Shown: positions 12,040 through 23,825 of the stretch, in pieces
Numbering within the stretch: the first letter of the stretch is position 1
Layout: the number at the start of each line of letters is the position of its first letter
DNA from: Octopus bimaculoides
Taxonomy: Eukaryota
NCBI RefSeq assembly: GCF_001194135.2
Contig: NC_068984.1
Location: 102,714,704-102,748,482, forward strand
Direction of reading: 5' to 3'
Length of the DNA stretch: 33,779 nt
Program-made: the position numbers and the translations under genes
Notes under the pieces: generated by a model
Seen by the model: only the letters and a program-made list of their open reading frames with translations
The model's database searches: none
What the model was told of the DNA's origin: nothing

Positions 12040-12961
12040 NNNNNNNNNNNNNNNNNNNNNNNNNNNNNNNNNNNNNNNNNNNNNNNNNNNNNNNNNNNNN
12101 NNNNNNNNNNNNNNNNNNNNNNNNNNNNNNNNNNNNNNNNNNNNNNNNNNNNNNNNNNNNNNNNNNNNNNNNNNNNNNNNNNNNNNNNNNNNNNNNNNNN
12201 NNNNNNNNNNNNNNNNNNNNNNNNNNNNNNNNNNNNNNNNNNNNNNNNNNNNNNNNNNNNNNNNNNNNNNNNNNNNNNNNNNNNNNNNNNNNNNNNNNNN
12301 NNNNNNNNNNNNNNNNNNNNNNNNNNNNNNNNNNNNNNNNNNNNNNNNNNNNNNNNNNNNNNNNNNNNNNNNNNNNNNNNNNNNNNNNNNNNNNNNNNNN
12401 NNNNNNNNNNNNNNNNNNNNNNNNNNNNNNNNNNNNNNNNNNNNNNNNNNNNNNNNNNNNNNNNNNNNNNNNNNNNNNNNNNNNNNNNNNNNNNNNNNNN
12501 NNNNNNNNNNNNNNNNNNNNNNNNNNNNNNNNNNNNNNNNNNNNNNNNNNNNNNAATATCGCCATCCGTTAGAGAAAAAAATTGTAGTTTGGAATCAGTA
12601 GTTCTCCTGCTAATCCCTATATATTTTATGATTATAAATGGTTTTACCGATAAAAGGTTTTTTCATACTGAACTACTTGGCAAAATTGTTAATTATTAAT
12701 TTTATTACTAATTGACGATTCCTTGCCCGCCCTATATCTGTATTTATATTGATGCCTCTAATTGGATGGTTAAACTGTAACCCTTTATATGGGACTTTTT
12801 TATGCGGGACTATTTGTGGCGCACATGGAATAGATTCTTTGGAGTGAAGTGTTTGAACTCACTAGCCGATAAATTTCGTAAGTGCCTTCCTCATGTGGTT
12901 TTGATGTTCACACGGTCAAGATTCCCATGAGTTATATAGACACTTTCAAATTTATTCGAAT

Positions 12962-13023
12962 ATTGGGATGAAGATCGGAATAGAGTAACTTCATACTCTT
13001 AACCGTGAAACGTCGTACTCAAT
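12962..13023 (+). ncRNA. Type I hammerhead ribozyme-like motif, copy 1 (C3>A variant)
   Basis: ATTGGG-[A]TGAAGA-tCGG aat AGAGTA acttca TACTCT taa CCGt-GAAA-C gtc GTA-CTCAAT. Stem I is 6 bp, stem II is bipartite, and the predicted cleavage triplet is GUA. Confidence 0.6.
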
Positions 13024-13525
13024 TAACTAAAGGCAGGTTTGTTTTTGCTTTTCTCTTCTGTTTTTTGTTCTGTGTGCCATAAATATCGCCATCCGTTAGA
13101 GAAAAAAATTTGTAGTTTGGAATCAGTAGTTCTTTGACTGCTATTTCTAAATTTCAGTATGTTGGAGAAGCAACTCCTGCTAATCCCTGTATATTTATGA
13201 TTATAAATGGTTTTGCCGATAAAGGTTTTTTCATACTGAACTACTTGGCAAAATTGTTAATTATTAATTTTATTACTAATTGACGATTCCCTGCCCTATA
13301 TCTGTATTTATATTGATGCCTCTAATTGGATGGTTAAACTGTAACTCTTTATACGGGACTTTTTTATGCGGGACTATTTGTGGCGTACATGGAATAGATT
13401 CTTTGGAGTGAAGTGTTTGAACTCACTAGCCGATAAATTTCGTAAGTGCCTTCCTCATGTGGTTTTGATGTTCGCACGGTCAAAATTACCATGAGTTATA
13501 TAGACACTTTCAAATTTATTCGAAT

Positions 13526-13587
13526 ATTTGGCTGAAGATAGGAATAGAGTAACTTCATACTCTTAACCGTGAGACGTCGTACTCAAT
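13526..13587 (+). ncRNA. Type I hammerhead ribozyme-like motif, copy 2 (GAAA>GAGA variant)
   Basis: ATTTGG-CTGAAGA-tagg aat AGAGTA acttca TACTCT taa CCGt-GAGA-C gtc GTA-CTCAAT. The core mutation differs from that in copy 1. Confidence 0.58.
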
Positions 13588-14158
13588 TAACTAAAGGCAG
13601 GTTTGTTTTTGCTTTTCTCTTCTGTTTTTTGTTCTGTGTGTGCCATAAATATCGCCATCCGTTAGAGAAAAAATGTGTAGTTTGGAATCAGTAGTTCTTT
13701 GACTGCTATTTCTAAATTTCAGTATGTTGGAGAAGCAACTCCTGCTAATCCCTGTATATTTATGATTATATATATATATATATATATATGCATGTGTGTG
13801 TGTGTGTGCGTGCGTGCGCGTGCCTGCGCGTGTACATGTATGTATGTATGTATATTTATATTGATATAGCTGTATTTATGCAAAATATAGTTACAGTCAT
13901 TTAGCGAAATTTTGAAGTACTTTGAATACATGCAAGTTCATACATGAACACATAAATAATGCATGCATATATATGTATATGTATATCTATATCTATCTGC
14001 GTGTGTGCGCGCGTGTGTGTGTTTATACTATCAGACACATAAAAAGAAGCAAATACACCTATAAATGTTTGTGTATGTAGTTCTGTGGGTTTTATGGTTT
14101 ACGACCACGTAAAACCATGAAAGAGATAACTCGATGAAGCAGTACATTAAAGGTATTT

Positions 14159-14295
14159 AGGCGCAAGCGTGGCTGTGTGGTAAGAAGCAGCTTGCTTCCC
14201 AACCACATGATTCCGGGTTCAGTCCCTCTGCGTGACCACCGACAAAAATTTTGTGAGTGGATTTGGTTGACGGAAACAGGAAAAAGCCTATCGTA

Positions 14296-14361
<66 letters not shown>

Positions 14362-14582
14362 TGTATAGATTTATGTATGTATGTGTTTGTCCCCCATCAT
14401 CACTTGACAACCGATGTTGGAGTGTTTACGTCCCCGTAACGTAGCGGTTCACCAAAAGAAACCGATAAGTACTAGGATTACATAGTATAAGTCCTTGGAT
14501 CGATTTCTTCAACTAGAAAAGACCCTTAAAAGTGGTTCCCCAGCATGGCAGCAATCAAACGACTGAAACAAATAAAAGAATA
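14159..14582 (+). mobile_element. tRNA-derived SINE family A with internal (TA)n
   Basis: Head, body and AAAAGAATA tail are homologous to 3107-3520, with a short deletion in the 5' body. Confidence 0.85.
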
Positions 14583-15202
14583 TCCCAATTACCGAGAGTA
14601 ATTGGGATAATCTCGTAGTTTTAAAGAAATAAATTAAATATCTTAATGCACTGCGTCTCAATCTGAAGAACTGACAGAAGAAGCTGATTAGAAACTGCTA
14701 TCTTGTACATTTTAGCATATAACTTATAGACACATAGGCGCAAGCACACGCAAATTCGTATACACATGCTTAAAGACATACACACTTATATACGCACTTA
14801 TATACGCACATTTTTATATGCGCCAGTGTGTCTATTTATTTTTACTCTTCTTTGCACTCATGTTAAATACACCTCAATATACATCCACAGATATATCCAT
14901 ACAATCAAATATTCATTCCTTATGTACATATACAAGAGTAATAAGCTGCAATATTTCTAAATATGTTTTGTTATAAAATACTCATGTCTATACGGACGAT
15001 CATATATTTGGGCGTCTGTGTGAGTGTATATTGAATGAGTGTACTCATTATTTCAAAATATGTTCTCCAAATAGCGTTTTTTTTAATTTTAAATTATGAC
15101 ATGTATTACTTTTGTTCAATTCAAATATATTTCATTCTTCATGTTTCTACGAATTCCTTTGTTCTTCCTTCATTAAATTAACTTTGAGAATATAGCACTC
15201 TC

Positions 15203-15278
<76 letters not shown>

Positions 15279-16621
15279 CATGACTGTCTATGTTTTTTAT
15301 CTGTTCATCTCCGCTTTCTCTTCTTCATTAAATATTAAGCTACTTGAAAGATACCTTATTTATATACCAGATATTCATTATAAAAGTAATTATATTTTAC
15401 AAAAGTCTGAATATAAAATTTTCAATTTAATTTCTCCGTCACCAATATTAATGACATTATTTAAGTGAAATCAGCGGGGATACCGCTATATATGGTCGCT
15501 CCATCTGCAAGAAACTACCCAAATGCACCACAATATTACCCTACCTACTTTTAAGTGGATTAAATATACATGATAAACTACACTAGATATAATATAACAA
15601 AAATCAAGACAAGGTGGTCACTGTTGGAATGTCGGTCTAATTATTAACACTGCACCAATCAGAAAAGCTTCTCTCAGGATGTCGTCGGATAAGGAATCTA
15701 ACTCCTAAAACCTCAACAAACCTTTCTTACAAAGTCTATAAAGTATCTAACCATAGAAAACAACTCGATTTTAAAATTCATAAATATTGCAGTGACATTA
15801 ACGCCAACAACAGCAACAGTACTGACAGAAAGTAACATTACTATCTCTGTTTCCAATACCACAGCTTTGCACACAATGTAAATACAGAGAAACAAAGAAC
15901 TCTAAAAATTCTGCTGTTAAACATTAACAGCATTAACAAAACTCTTTTGCATAACAAAATATTTTTACAATCATCATACACACTCTGTAATAAGAATTAT
16001 TACTACCTGATGTCTTAGCATTCTATATTACACTAAGATCGAACGATACATTTCTTTCCTCTACGTTGACGGTCTGACTACATGCAACAATGCGAGCATT
16101 CAATATACTGATATCACAAATCATGTAAACTAATGCGAAACGATACTACACTATACATATTGAATATACGAAGCACCTCAATTAGTGTGTGAGAGAGAGA
16201 GGGACAGAGAGAGAGAGAGGGACAGAGAGAGAGAGGGACAGNNNNNNNNNNNNNNNNNNNNNNNNNNNNNNNNNNNNNNNNNNNNNNNNNNNNNNNNNNN
16301 NNNNNNNNNNNNNNNNNNNNNNNNNNNNNNNNNNNNNNNNNNNNNNNNNNNNNNNNNNNNNNNNNNNNNNNNNNNNNNNNNNNNNNNNNNNNNNNNNNNN
16401 NNNNNNNNNNNNNNNNNNNNNNNNNNNNNNNNNNNNNNNNNNNNNNNNNNNNNNNNNNNNNNNNNNNNNNNNNNNNNNNNNNNNNNNGAGAGAGAGAGAG
16501 GGAGAGAGAGGGTATGTGTGTGTGTGTGTGCGTAAAACGAGTTTGCACTGGTTTTAGTCCCTCTCTCCCAGCGAATTTTAAATTTCTTAGTTTGGGTTTA
16601 AACTCAGGTTTGTTTCTAGTA

Positions 16622-16886
16622 GTGTGGAGGCGCTTGGTCTAGTGGTTAGGGTGTCAGCACTATGATCATAAAATTGTGGTTTCGATTCCTGGACCGGGCG
16701 ACGCGTTGTGTTCTTGAGCAAAACACTTCACTTCACGTTGCTCCAGTCCACTCAGCTGGCAAAAATGAGTAACGCTGCGAGGGACTGGCGTCCCGTCCAG
16801 CTGGGGAACACATACGCCATTGAAACCGGGAAACCGGTCCCATGAGCCTGGCTAGGCTTTAAAAGGGCGCATTTATTATTATTATT
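16622..16886 (+). mobile_element. Complete tRNA-derived SINE (family B) with target-site duplication
   Basis: A box TGGTCTAGTGG (16635-16645), B box GGTTTCGATTCC (16678-16689), central GTGTTCTTGAGCAAAACACTT...GTCCACTCAGCTG segment and (TTA)n tail. It is flanked by TTTGTTTCTAGTA (16609-16621) and TTTGTTTCTAATA (16887-16899). Confidence 0.85.
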
Positions 16887-17094
16887 TTTGTTTCTAATAT
16901 AGGCTTTCAATATTCACAGCCGCTTTGTCGTCTCTACTAGAAATAAAAGATGCCAGGTTTTCTCCCAGGTTTCACAAAGAAACAGAGACACAAAGACGAA
17001 TATTTTAGGGGAAACTAAGTTGGAGTTAATTTATTAATATAGTCTATTTAACTGAAGTATATGATCCTCTAATCGAGGAGTATATCGAATTAAC

Positions 17095-17240
17095 TTAACT
17101 AATACTATATTTTATCAACCATAGAAAGATGAAAAAATCAAAGACAACCCTCACTTTAAAAGGATTTGAAGTTAGAAAGTAAATCGTGTCTAAAAGCTGT
17201 AAGGCGTTTTTGTTCAACACAATTTAACTAAATCTATAAA
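17095..17240 (-). mobile_element. Highly degraded SINE family C fragment
   Basis: TATTTTATCAACCATAGAAAGATGAAA...GGATTTGAAGTTAGAAAGTAAA resembles 18540-18606. Confidence 0.4.
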
Positions 17241-18454
17241 ATCAGACATTTGCACTGAATGCATAAAATATTTCTGTTGCAATTACGTCACTTAATTACT
17301 TACTTTCGTTCAATTTTCTCTTTGATTTGATGTGATCTTAAAAATTAATTTTCTTCAGATATTATCAGTTCATTCTCATATTCGTCTGTTCGATGAATAG
17401 TTTCAATATTTTTCATTTGTTCCATTGTAATTACTAAATTGAAATTTGAAATCTATGAAACTGATTTCAGCCATCTTAGTTTATTAAAGATGTAGTTAGG
17501 AAAATTATTTCAACCTCTTCTCCTTTCCATTTTGTTTCTTTTTCATCTTTACCTTCTCCGTTTTTCTTCGCTTTCGGTGTTTTCTCTTTCCCTCTCTCCC
17601 TTTACTTTCTCAACCACCTTTTTCTTTTCATTACCATTTGTTTTTAGCTTAGCTTTTCTATATTTTATTTGCTTTTCTTTTTCATCCTTTTCGTAATCTT
17701 TTTCAATTTCTCCTTTATATTTCCAACAACATTTCGCTTCTTTCATTAATATTTATTTTCATCACATAATTCTGATAACTGTTTGTTAATCAGTATTTTT
17801 ATTATTCTTTGTTTTTAGTCTTCAAATCCATTTCATTAATAATTCGGATTTTTTTTTTGTTCATTCCGCACATTACTTTTATTTTCTTTAATTTCCAACT
17901 TACCTTCTTCAACACCTTTCCCACCAATACACACACTTTCCTTATATGATTATTGTTAATTTTTTACACGAAAAGAATTTGCTTGAATGCGTTCTTGGAA
18001 ATGGATTAAATTACAGTGACAGAAAACCGCATCCGGTTTACATAAATTCCCCCAGGGAGCACCAATTAGCATTTAAGTTGCAACAATAAGATATAAATCA
18101 AAATTGTGAACTAAGTCGATTTCATGAATATATGATTGCATCTGGAAGCAATGTTATTTAATGACGACTCTTATTCTTACCTAGACATAACGTATTTTAA
18201 ACTCACAACCTAAAGGTTCAATTGCATCAAAGCATTTGTTCTAATATATTTCCCACATCTATTTTCCGGTTTCAACGCCGTTACTCGACATGTTAGAAAC
18301 ATAAGCCAAATTTCATTCTGATCAGATTCTACTATTTTAAAAAACACATTGATTAGTGAAATTCCTGATACATTATGCTTGATAGAGGCATAGTGGGCGA
18401 TCAACCCGCTCAACCAGACTGGCCTCGGGGTTATAGAACAATATTTTTTAGTGA

Positions 18455-18670
18455 GTAGTAATATTGATTTCAAATTTGTGCACAGGGCCAGCAACTTCAA
18501 GGTAAGTCGATTACACCAACTCCAATGTTCAAGTGACACTTATTTTATCGACCCGAAGGATGAAACGTAAAGTCGACCACGGCGGAATTTGAACTCAGAA
18601 CGTAAAGACGGACCAAATGCCGCTAAGCATTTTGTCCAGTGTGCTACCGATTCTGCCAGGTCACCACCTT
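18455..18670 (-). mobile_element. tRNA-derived SINE family C
   Basis: The minus strand reads AAGGTGGTGACCTGGCAGAATCGGTAGCAC...GAGTTCAAATTCCGCC (B box), then GTCGACTTTACGTTTCATCCTTCGGGTCGATAAAATAAG. From memory this resembles the conserved Deu/Nin-type SINE central domain; not verified. Confidence 0.75.
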
Positions 18671-19141
18671 AGTAATCAATAATATTAATGATGTCTTCCC
18701 AAACCATAAACTTTTTTTTTGTAAGGAATTAATGTTAATTAGTTTATCAATTCATGGCAGGATTTCAACAGAAGCGAGACGCTAAACATCACCATTACTA
18801 TATACTTAATCTAGCTCTTTATTGCTTCTGTCAACAACACTATTCCTTTTTCAATTACTCATAAAACATGCATATAATGTAAGTGCTATAGAAGCCCTCA
18901 GTGAAAAGGGAAACAATACATAGTAGTGTTTAATTGTAACACAATCTGTGGTGGTGTTTAAATGTGGATTGATATCAATGTTACTATAGACAACACTTCG
19001 GCCATCTTGAATGACTGAATGAATTCAGTTGTCTTTAGTCTGTAATTTGGATTCAACTTTAGGTGAGATTTATCTTTCGAGACTGCCATATTGGGATTAC
19101 TTTGAGTCAGTCAAAAAAAATAATAAATAAAAAAGTTAACT

Positions 19142-19413
19142 CCAGTACTTTTTCTTCTAACCTTATCCTATCGGTCCGTTTTTGCCGAACCGCTATGGGA
19201 CTTAAGCCAATCACCATTAGTTGTCAAGCAGTGGCAGGAGAAAGAAAAATCACAGTTATATACACACACACACACAGACGCGCGCGCGCGCATGCACGCA
19301 TCACTTTATATATCTATGTGTCTATCTATCTATTTGTCTATCTATCTATCTATATGTCTGTCTTCCTGTCTGTCTCTGCCTCAGTCTGTCTCTATCTGTC
19401 TGTCTTTCTTTTT

Positions 19414-19449
<36 letters not shown>

Positions 19450-19606
19450 AAAAGACAGGCTTCTTTCATTTGCTTTTACCAAATCCATTCATAAAGATTT
19501 GGTCGGCCTGAGGCTATAGTACAAGGCACTTGCTCAAGGTGTTATACAGTTGGACTGAATCCTGAACCATGTGGTAGAAAAACAAACGCATTACCACACA
19601 GCCATA
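19142..19606 (-). mobile_element. SINE family A, degraded, with internal compound microsatellite
   Basis: Reverse-complement head at 19500-19606, body at 19142-19240, and CA/GC/TCTA/TCTG tracts in between. Confidence 0.75.
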
Positions 19607-19757
19607 ACATAACATCTAATAACATAATATATAATATAATGAACGTCAAAATCAGATGGCTTATTTTGAGGTCAGACAAAATTTTGTGATCAGGAAGTAA
19701 ATAAAAAAAGATAGCGTAGCAAACACTTTGCATGCAGTTTTCAACTTAGCATTTTAA

Positions 19758-19945
19758 CCCTTTAACTGCAAAATTAAATTTCATGTTCATTCCCGTAGTG
19801 ATATTTGTTAAATATAGAATTGGTATTTTCTGCTAGTTACATTGCTTCAATGAACTTGACATAACTCAACAAAATATAGTTTTAAATATGACATTCCATA
19901 ACAAAAGATGGATTTATATATTAAACTACTTTACGCAGTTAAAGA
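19758..19945. mobile_element. Possible piggyBac-type MITE
   Basis: TTAA|CCCTTTAACTGC at the left and GCAGTTAAAG(A)TAA at the right. The right TIR and TSD are degenerate. Confidence 0.45.
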
Positions 19946-20200
19946 TAAGGAAATTTTGAGTGGATATATGTAACTTCTACACTAAAAGAATTAAGTTAAA
20001 ATATTTTCCGTTGAACAGTATCGCTTCAGTATTACCTCTTGATACTTAATTGGACTTAGCTAACAAGAGTTAAGTGTGCACGCTAGTTACAATTAATGAA
20101 TAGTACAAATTTACTATACTTTTGATTCGGCCGTGTGACGCAGAATTGATTCAATCAACTAAATTTAATTGCTTCATTTTAAGTGCGTGCACTAAAGTCT

Positions 20201-21470
20201 CACAAGGGTAGGCTATAAAGTTCATAGGCTGACCAAGATACTCTCATGGAATGCGACCAAATGAGGTTTATTTTCCAAAATAGCCCTCCTCCTCTACTCC
20301 TTGCAGTCCACACACATCTTCCATCAAAGTTTCAGTGCTTGGATCCCATTGGTAAAGAAGCTTTCATCCTGTTAGTCAAAACGGTCATCAGCAACAGGTG
20401 TGACGTCATCATCACTGCGATACTTGTTCCCAGTCTAGTCTTTTTTCATGTTGAGGAACAGATGATAGTCAGATGGGGACAAATCAGGAGAACAGGTAGG
20501 GTGATCAACCAGTTCAAAGCCACAGTCACGCACTGCAGCCATTGAAAGCAACGACTTGCGTGTTGAAGCATTGTTCTGATGAAACAAGACCCCTTCCTTC
20601 AGCTATCCTGGGTGTTTAGTCTTAATAGTCTTTCGTAACTACTTTCGTTGGCATAGAACTCTCCATTGATGGTGTGGCCTTTTTGTAGACAGTCAATAAA
20701 CACAATGCCTTTTACATCCCAAAATGCGGAGGCAATCACCTTCCCTGCAGATGAAACAACCTTGGATTTCTTTAGGGCAAGTGAAGAGTGATGTTTCCAC
20801 TGCATGGTTTGTCTCTTTGTCTCTGGCTCGAAGTGATGAACCCAACACTTATCCTAGCTTAGGGAAACGTTTAAGGAAACCAGCTGAATCAAAGCATGTC
20901 AGATATTCCCATGATGTGATTAGTCTGTTACGCTTTTGATCAGGTGTCAGAAGACGTGGCACTTACAGAGCAGAAACCTTCGACATGCCAAGTTCATAGC
21001 ACAGAATATTCTCAACTCACGAGATATGCTAGTGGATTTATAGTCAATCGCCTGTTACCCATCACCGTTTGGTGAACACGATCAATGTTTTCCTCGGTGG
21101 TGGCCGTCCAGTCCTAGAGTCATCTTCAAGACTCTCCCTTTCCCTCCTTTGCTGCTCACCTTTGCATTGTTGATAAAGCATACGCGTCATCCCTTTATGT
21201 AGCAATCATGTCAGCACGAATGTCATTGATGGCTAAACCCTTTGTCTGCAGGTACTTGATAACACCACGGTCCCAACTTTATTCCCACTTTTCAGCAGAA
21301 AGTTGCTACTAGTTACTTTTGAAGACTTCTTTGAATAGATGTCAGTCTCCTTGGAAAAAAAAACAACGCAGTTATTAATAAGAAGCGTTGAAATGAATGG
21401 ATGCAAGATTTCGCAGCTCAAGCATCACTCCTTCACAATCAGCCTATGAACTTTTCAGCATACCCTCGTA
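20201..21470 (-). mobile_element. Full-length mariner (DD34D, irritans/Himar1-like) with transposase pseudogene (about 20268-21288)
   Basis: TIRs CACAAGGGTAGGCTATAAAGTTCATAGGCTGA and TCAGCCTATGAACTTTTCAGCATACCCTCGTA. The translation includes VPRLLTPDQKR, WVHHFEPETKRQTMQWKH, SAGKVIASAFWDVKGIVFID, FHQNNAS and HPTCSPDLSPSDYHLF. Multiple stops and frameshifts. Confidence 0.93.
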
Positions 21471-21529
21471 GATGACGCCGATACAACCATAATTGAGTGT
21501 TACCCTGAGGATCTGAGCGGAACAAAGTC

Positions 21530-21625
21530 GCCGTCGTCGTTATCGTTGACATCGTCGTCGCCTTCTTCTTCTTCTTCTTCTTCTTCTTCCACCACCACAT
21601 CCACCACATCCATCACTACCACCAT
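21530..21625. repeat. Trinucleotide-rich tract (GTC, CTT, CCA)
   Basis: Direct reading. Confidence 0.85.
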
Positions 21626-22084
21626 TCTTTTATTCTTTCCTTTTATTTGTTTCAGTCTTTCTACTGCGTTGAAGAAATTTAGTTGAACGCATCGCCCCCC
21701 ACCCCCACCACTGGATCCAAATAGATAGCGTTCAGGCGACACGCTTTAGTTTTGCCAAAGAGTGTAAACGCTGTAAGTGAAATTACATGGTAATCAGTTG
21801 GGGTTGAAACCGAGATCACAGCCTCTCTTATATCTATTATGATCGCAATTTGTAAACAACAGCATCGTAGTTATAGATTTTCAATGAACTAATTACGGTA
21901 TTTCCGAAAACGTGAGTGACAACGAAATGTCTGACTCACTGCAAGGCTTCGATCGTAAAGCAGCGCTACTTTTGTTGTCTAACCGATGTTTATAACCAAC
22001 GTCGATAAACATCGGCGCGGCGAAAGATATATACACATAGATATATATGTGCACGTTCATATCTCTACATACACACACATACAC

Positions 22085-22245
22085 ATACGATGGGCTTTTG
22101 CACCATTTCTGTCAAACAAATTCCACTTCCAAGACATTGAGCAATTGAACATTTGGGAGAAGATATTTTGCCAGAGTCCTACAGAACTAGAGAAGAACGT
22201 GGTTATGGGTAAATTCCTGTTTTGCACCATCGTATCTGTGTTTAC
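22085..22245 (-). mobile_element. Degraded SINE family A head
   Basis: CAAATTCCACTTCCAAGACATTG...GAAGATATTTTGCCAGAG...AACGTGGTT loosely matches the reverse complement of the family A head. Confidence 0.4.
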
Positions 22246-22680
22246 ATGTCAGGAGGAAGAATATAATAAATAATACACCAGTGATTAGAGAAAAAACAGT
22301 CATTTATTGTAACTTTAACGTTTTCATAATTGCTTCTGTGTAGCGAACACCAACTCCTATATTCTTTCAAACGAATGATTAGATTTTTATATTTGCAAAG
22401 GTGAAAATGCCCAACATATATGCTGCTTACAAGGAACTTATTCTTTGCTTTCCAACACAACCCTTCTATTATTCTATTGGTTCTAATTTATCTTTTAGGA
22501 CGCTGGAATGACAGAAGTAATAATGTGTTAAACAGAATGCTTTAATGTTAGTTCCGTCCGTTCTTTGAGGTCACATTGGATTTTCACTTCTTCGGAATTG
22601 ATAAAGGAACTGCTGTGAGCAGAGTATATATTTGGCTTCTTATAGCTTTCCACGGCTACATAAAATGGTACCATAAGACA

Positions 22681-22732
<52 letters not shown>

Positions 22733-22768
22733 NNNNNNNNNNGCTACATAAAATGGTACCATAAGACA

Positions 22769-22815
<47 letters not shown>

Positions 22816-22830
22816 CGCGCGTACGTATAT

Positions 22831-23213
22831 ATTTTTTTACTTGTTTCAGTCATCAGCCTACGGCTATGCTAGGGCACCACATTGGAGAATATTTCGTCGA
22901 CTGAATCGACCCTAGTGCTTATTTCTTAAGCCTGGTACTGATTATTCGGTCTCTTTAGCCCAACCGCTAAGTTACGGTGACGTAAACGTATTGTCACCGG
23001 TTTTCTAGCGGTGGTGAGGGACGAACACAGACACAAAGGCACACACACACACATATATACGACGCACTTCTTTCAGTTTCCATCTACCAAATCTATTCAC
23101 AAGGCTTTAGACGGCCCTAGAATATAGTAGAAGTCATTTGCCCAAGGTATCATGCAGTGGGGCTGAACCCTTAACTATGTGGTTGGAAAGCAAGCTTCTT
23201 ACCACACAGCCAC
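22831..23213 (-). mobile_element. tRNA-derived SINE family A
   Basis: Reverse-complement copy of the whole element, with an internal (CA)n at about 23030-23058. Confidence 0.85.
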
Positions 23214-23288
23214 ATATATACGTGTGTATGCACGCACGCGCGTGTGTGCATCTATGCATATATGTAAGTAGAAGAAATGAATATGAGA

Positions 23289-23352
<64 letters not shown>

Positions 23353-23544
23353 GAACTTCTGAGTATCTAGAGCATAATGGGCTTTAGAGTTTTTAGTTTG
23401 TGTCCTTTTTTTCCATTACCACTTCCAGTCCCAGTGAGATCTGCTTTACACTCGAATCTAATGTCTATAAAATAGCTTCAATAATACACTAGGATTAAAT
23501 TAGGTTAGGTTAAGCACCCTTGTGGAGTGGTGACCAGTTGTCTT

Positions 23545-23825
23545 GGAACCAGCATTCTAGGATGAATGGAGCTGGCTGTCATGCAACCAGCACTAGAGTG
23601 TTGGTTGTATGTAGAACTGACACTCTAGGGTGAGTGATGGTTATGTCTCGTGTAGAACCTGCACTTTAGGTGAGTGATGGTCAGCTCTCATGCAACTAAT
23701 ACTCTAATTTGATTGCCTGCCAGCTCGCTTAGCAGCTTCTTTCTAGTGTGGGGGATGTGCAGACCCTATACCACCCTTATTCTAGGGTGAGTAATGGTTG
23801 TTTCTCCTCATAACCAGTAGCATGA
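23545..23825. repeat. Degenerate ~38-40-bp minisatellite
   Basis: Recurrent AACC(A/T)GCACTCTAGGGTGAGTGATGGT...CTCATG-like units, about 5-6 copies. Confidence 0.65.

Larger units (their letters stand above)
12555..13770 (+). repeat. Tandem repeat of a ~565-bp unit: 2 full copies (12555-13081, 13082-13647) plus a partial (13648-13770)
   Basis: AATATCGCCATCCGTTAGAGAAAAAA recurs at 12555, 13082 and 13648. Copy 1 lacks about 40 bp. The array abuts an N-gap, so it may be longer. Confidence 0.95.

Noticed and set aside
12555-13770. CRISPR-like or rDNA-like array
   Set aside because: The units are long near-identical tandem copies without unique spacers; there are no cas genes or rRNA similarity, and the context is eukaryotic.
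14581-14609. Perfect 12-bp hairpin TATCCCAATTAC/GTAATTGGGATA as a Helitron 3' end
   Set aside because: No CTRR terminus follows and no 5' TC partner was found; kept only as an isolated hairpin at a SINE end.
14663-14700. CTGAAGA...GAAAC spacing suggestive of another hammerhead
   Set aside because: No stem II or stem I pairing can be formed.
15480-15660. Possible degraded retroposon tail, loosely matching 30480-30580 in reverse
   Set aside because: The similarity is too weak by eye to call; it needs a consensus-based search.
16626-16700. tRNA gene
   Set aside because: A and B boxes are present, but the cloverleaf is incomplete and the sequence continues into a SINE body, tail and TSD.
17549-17746. 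Lys/Glu-rich ORF; also the acidic ORF 21500-21742 and the Leu/Ser/Phe-rich ORFs 29888-30472
   Set aside because: By-products of purine/pyrimidine-biased or triplet low-complexity DNA.
21982-22014. 11-bp stem-loop CCGATGTTTAT/ATAAACATCGG
   Set aside because: Short and isolated; no further structure or context to support a function.
22655-22810. Direct repeat GCTACATAAAATGGTACCATAAGACAATAT(GT)n on both sides of a 10-N gap
   Set aside because: Identical flanks around a microsatellite and a placeholder gap: a typical unmerged contig overlap.
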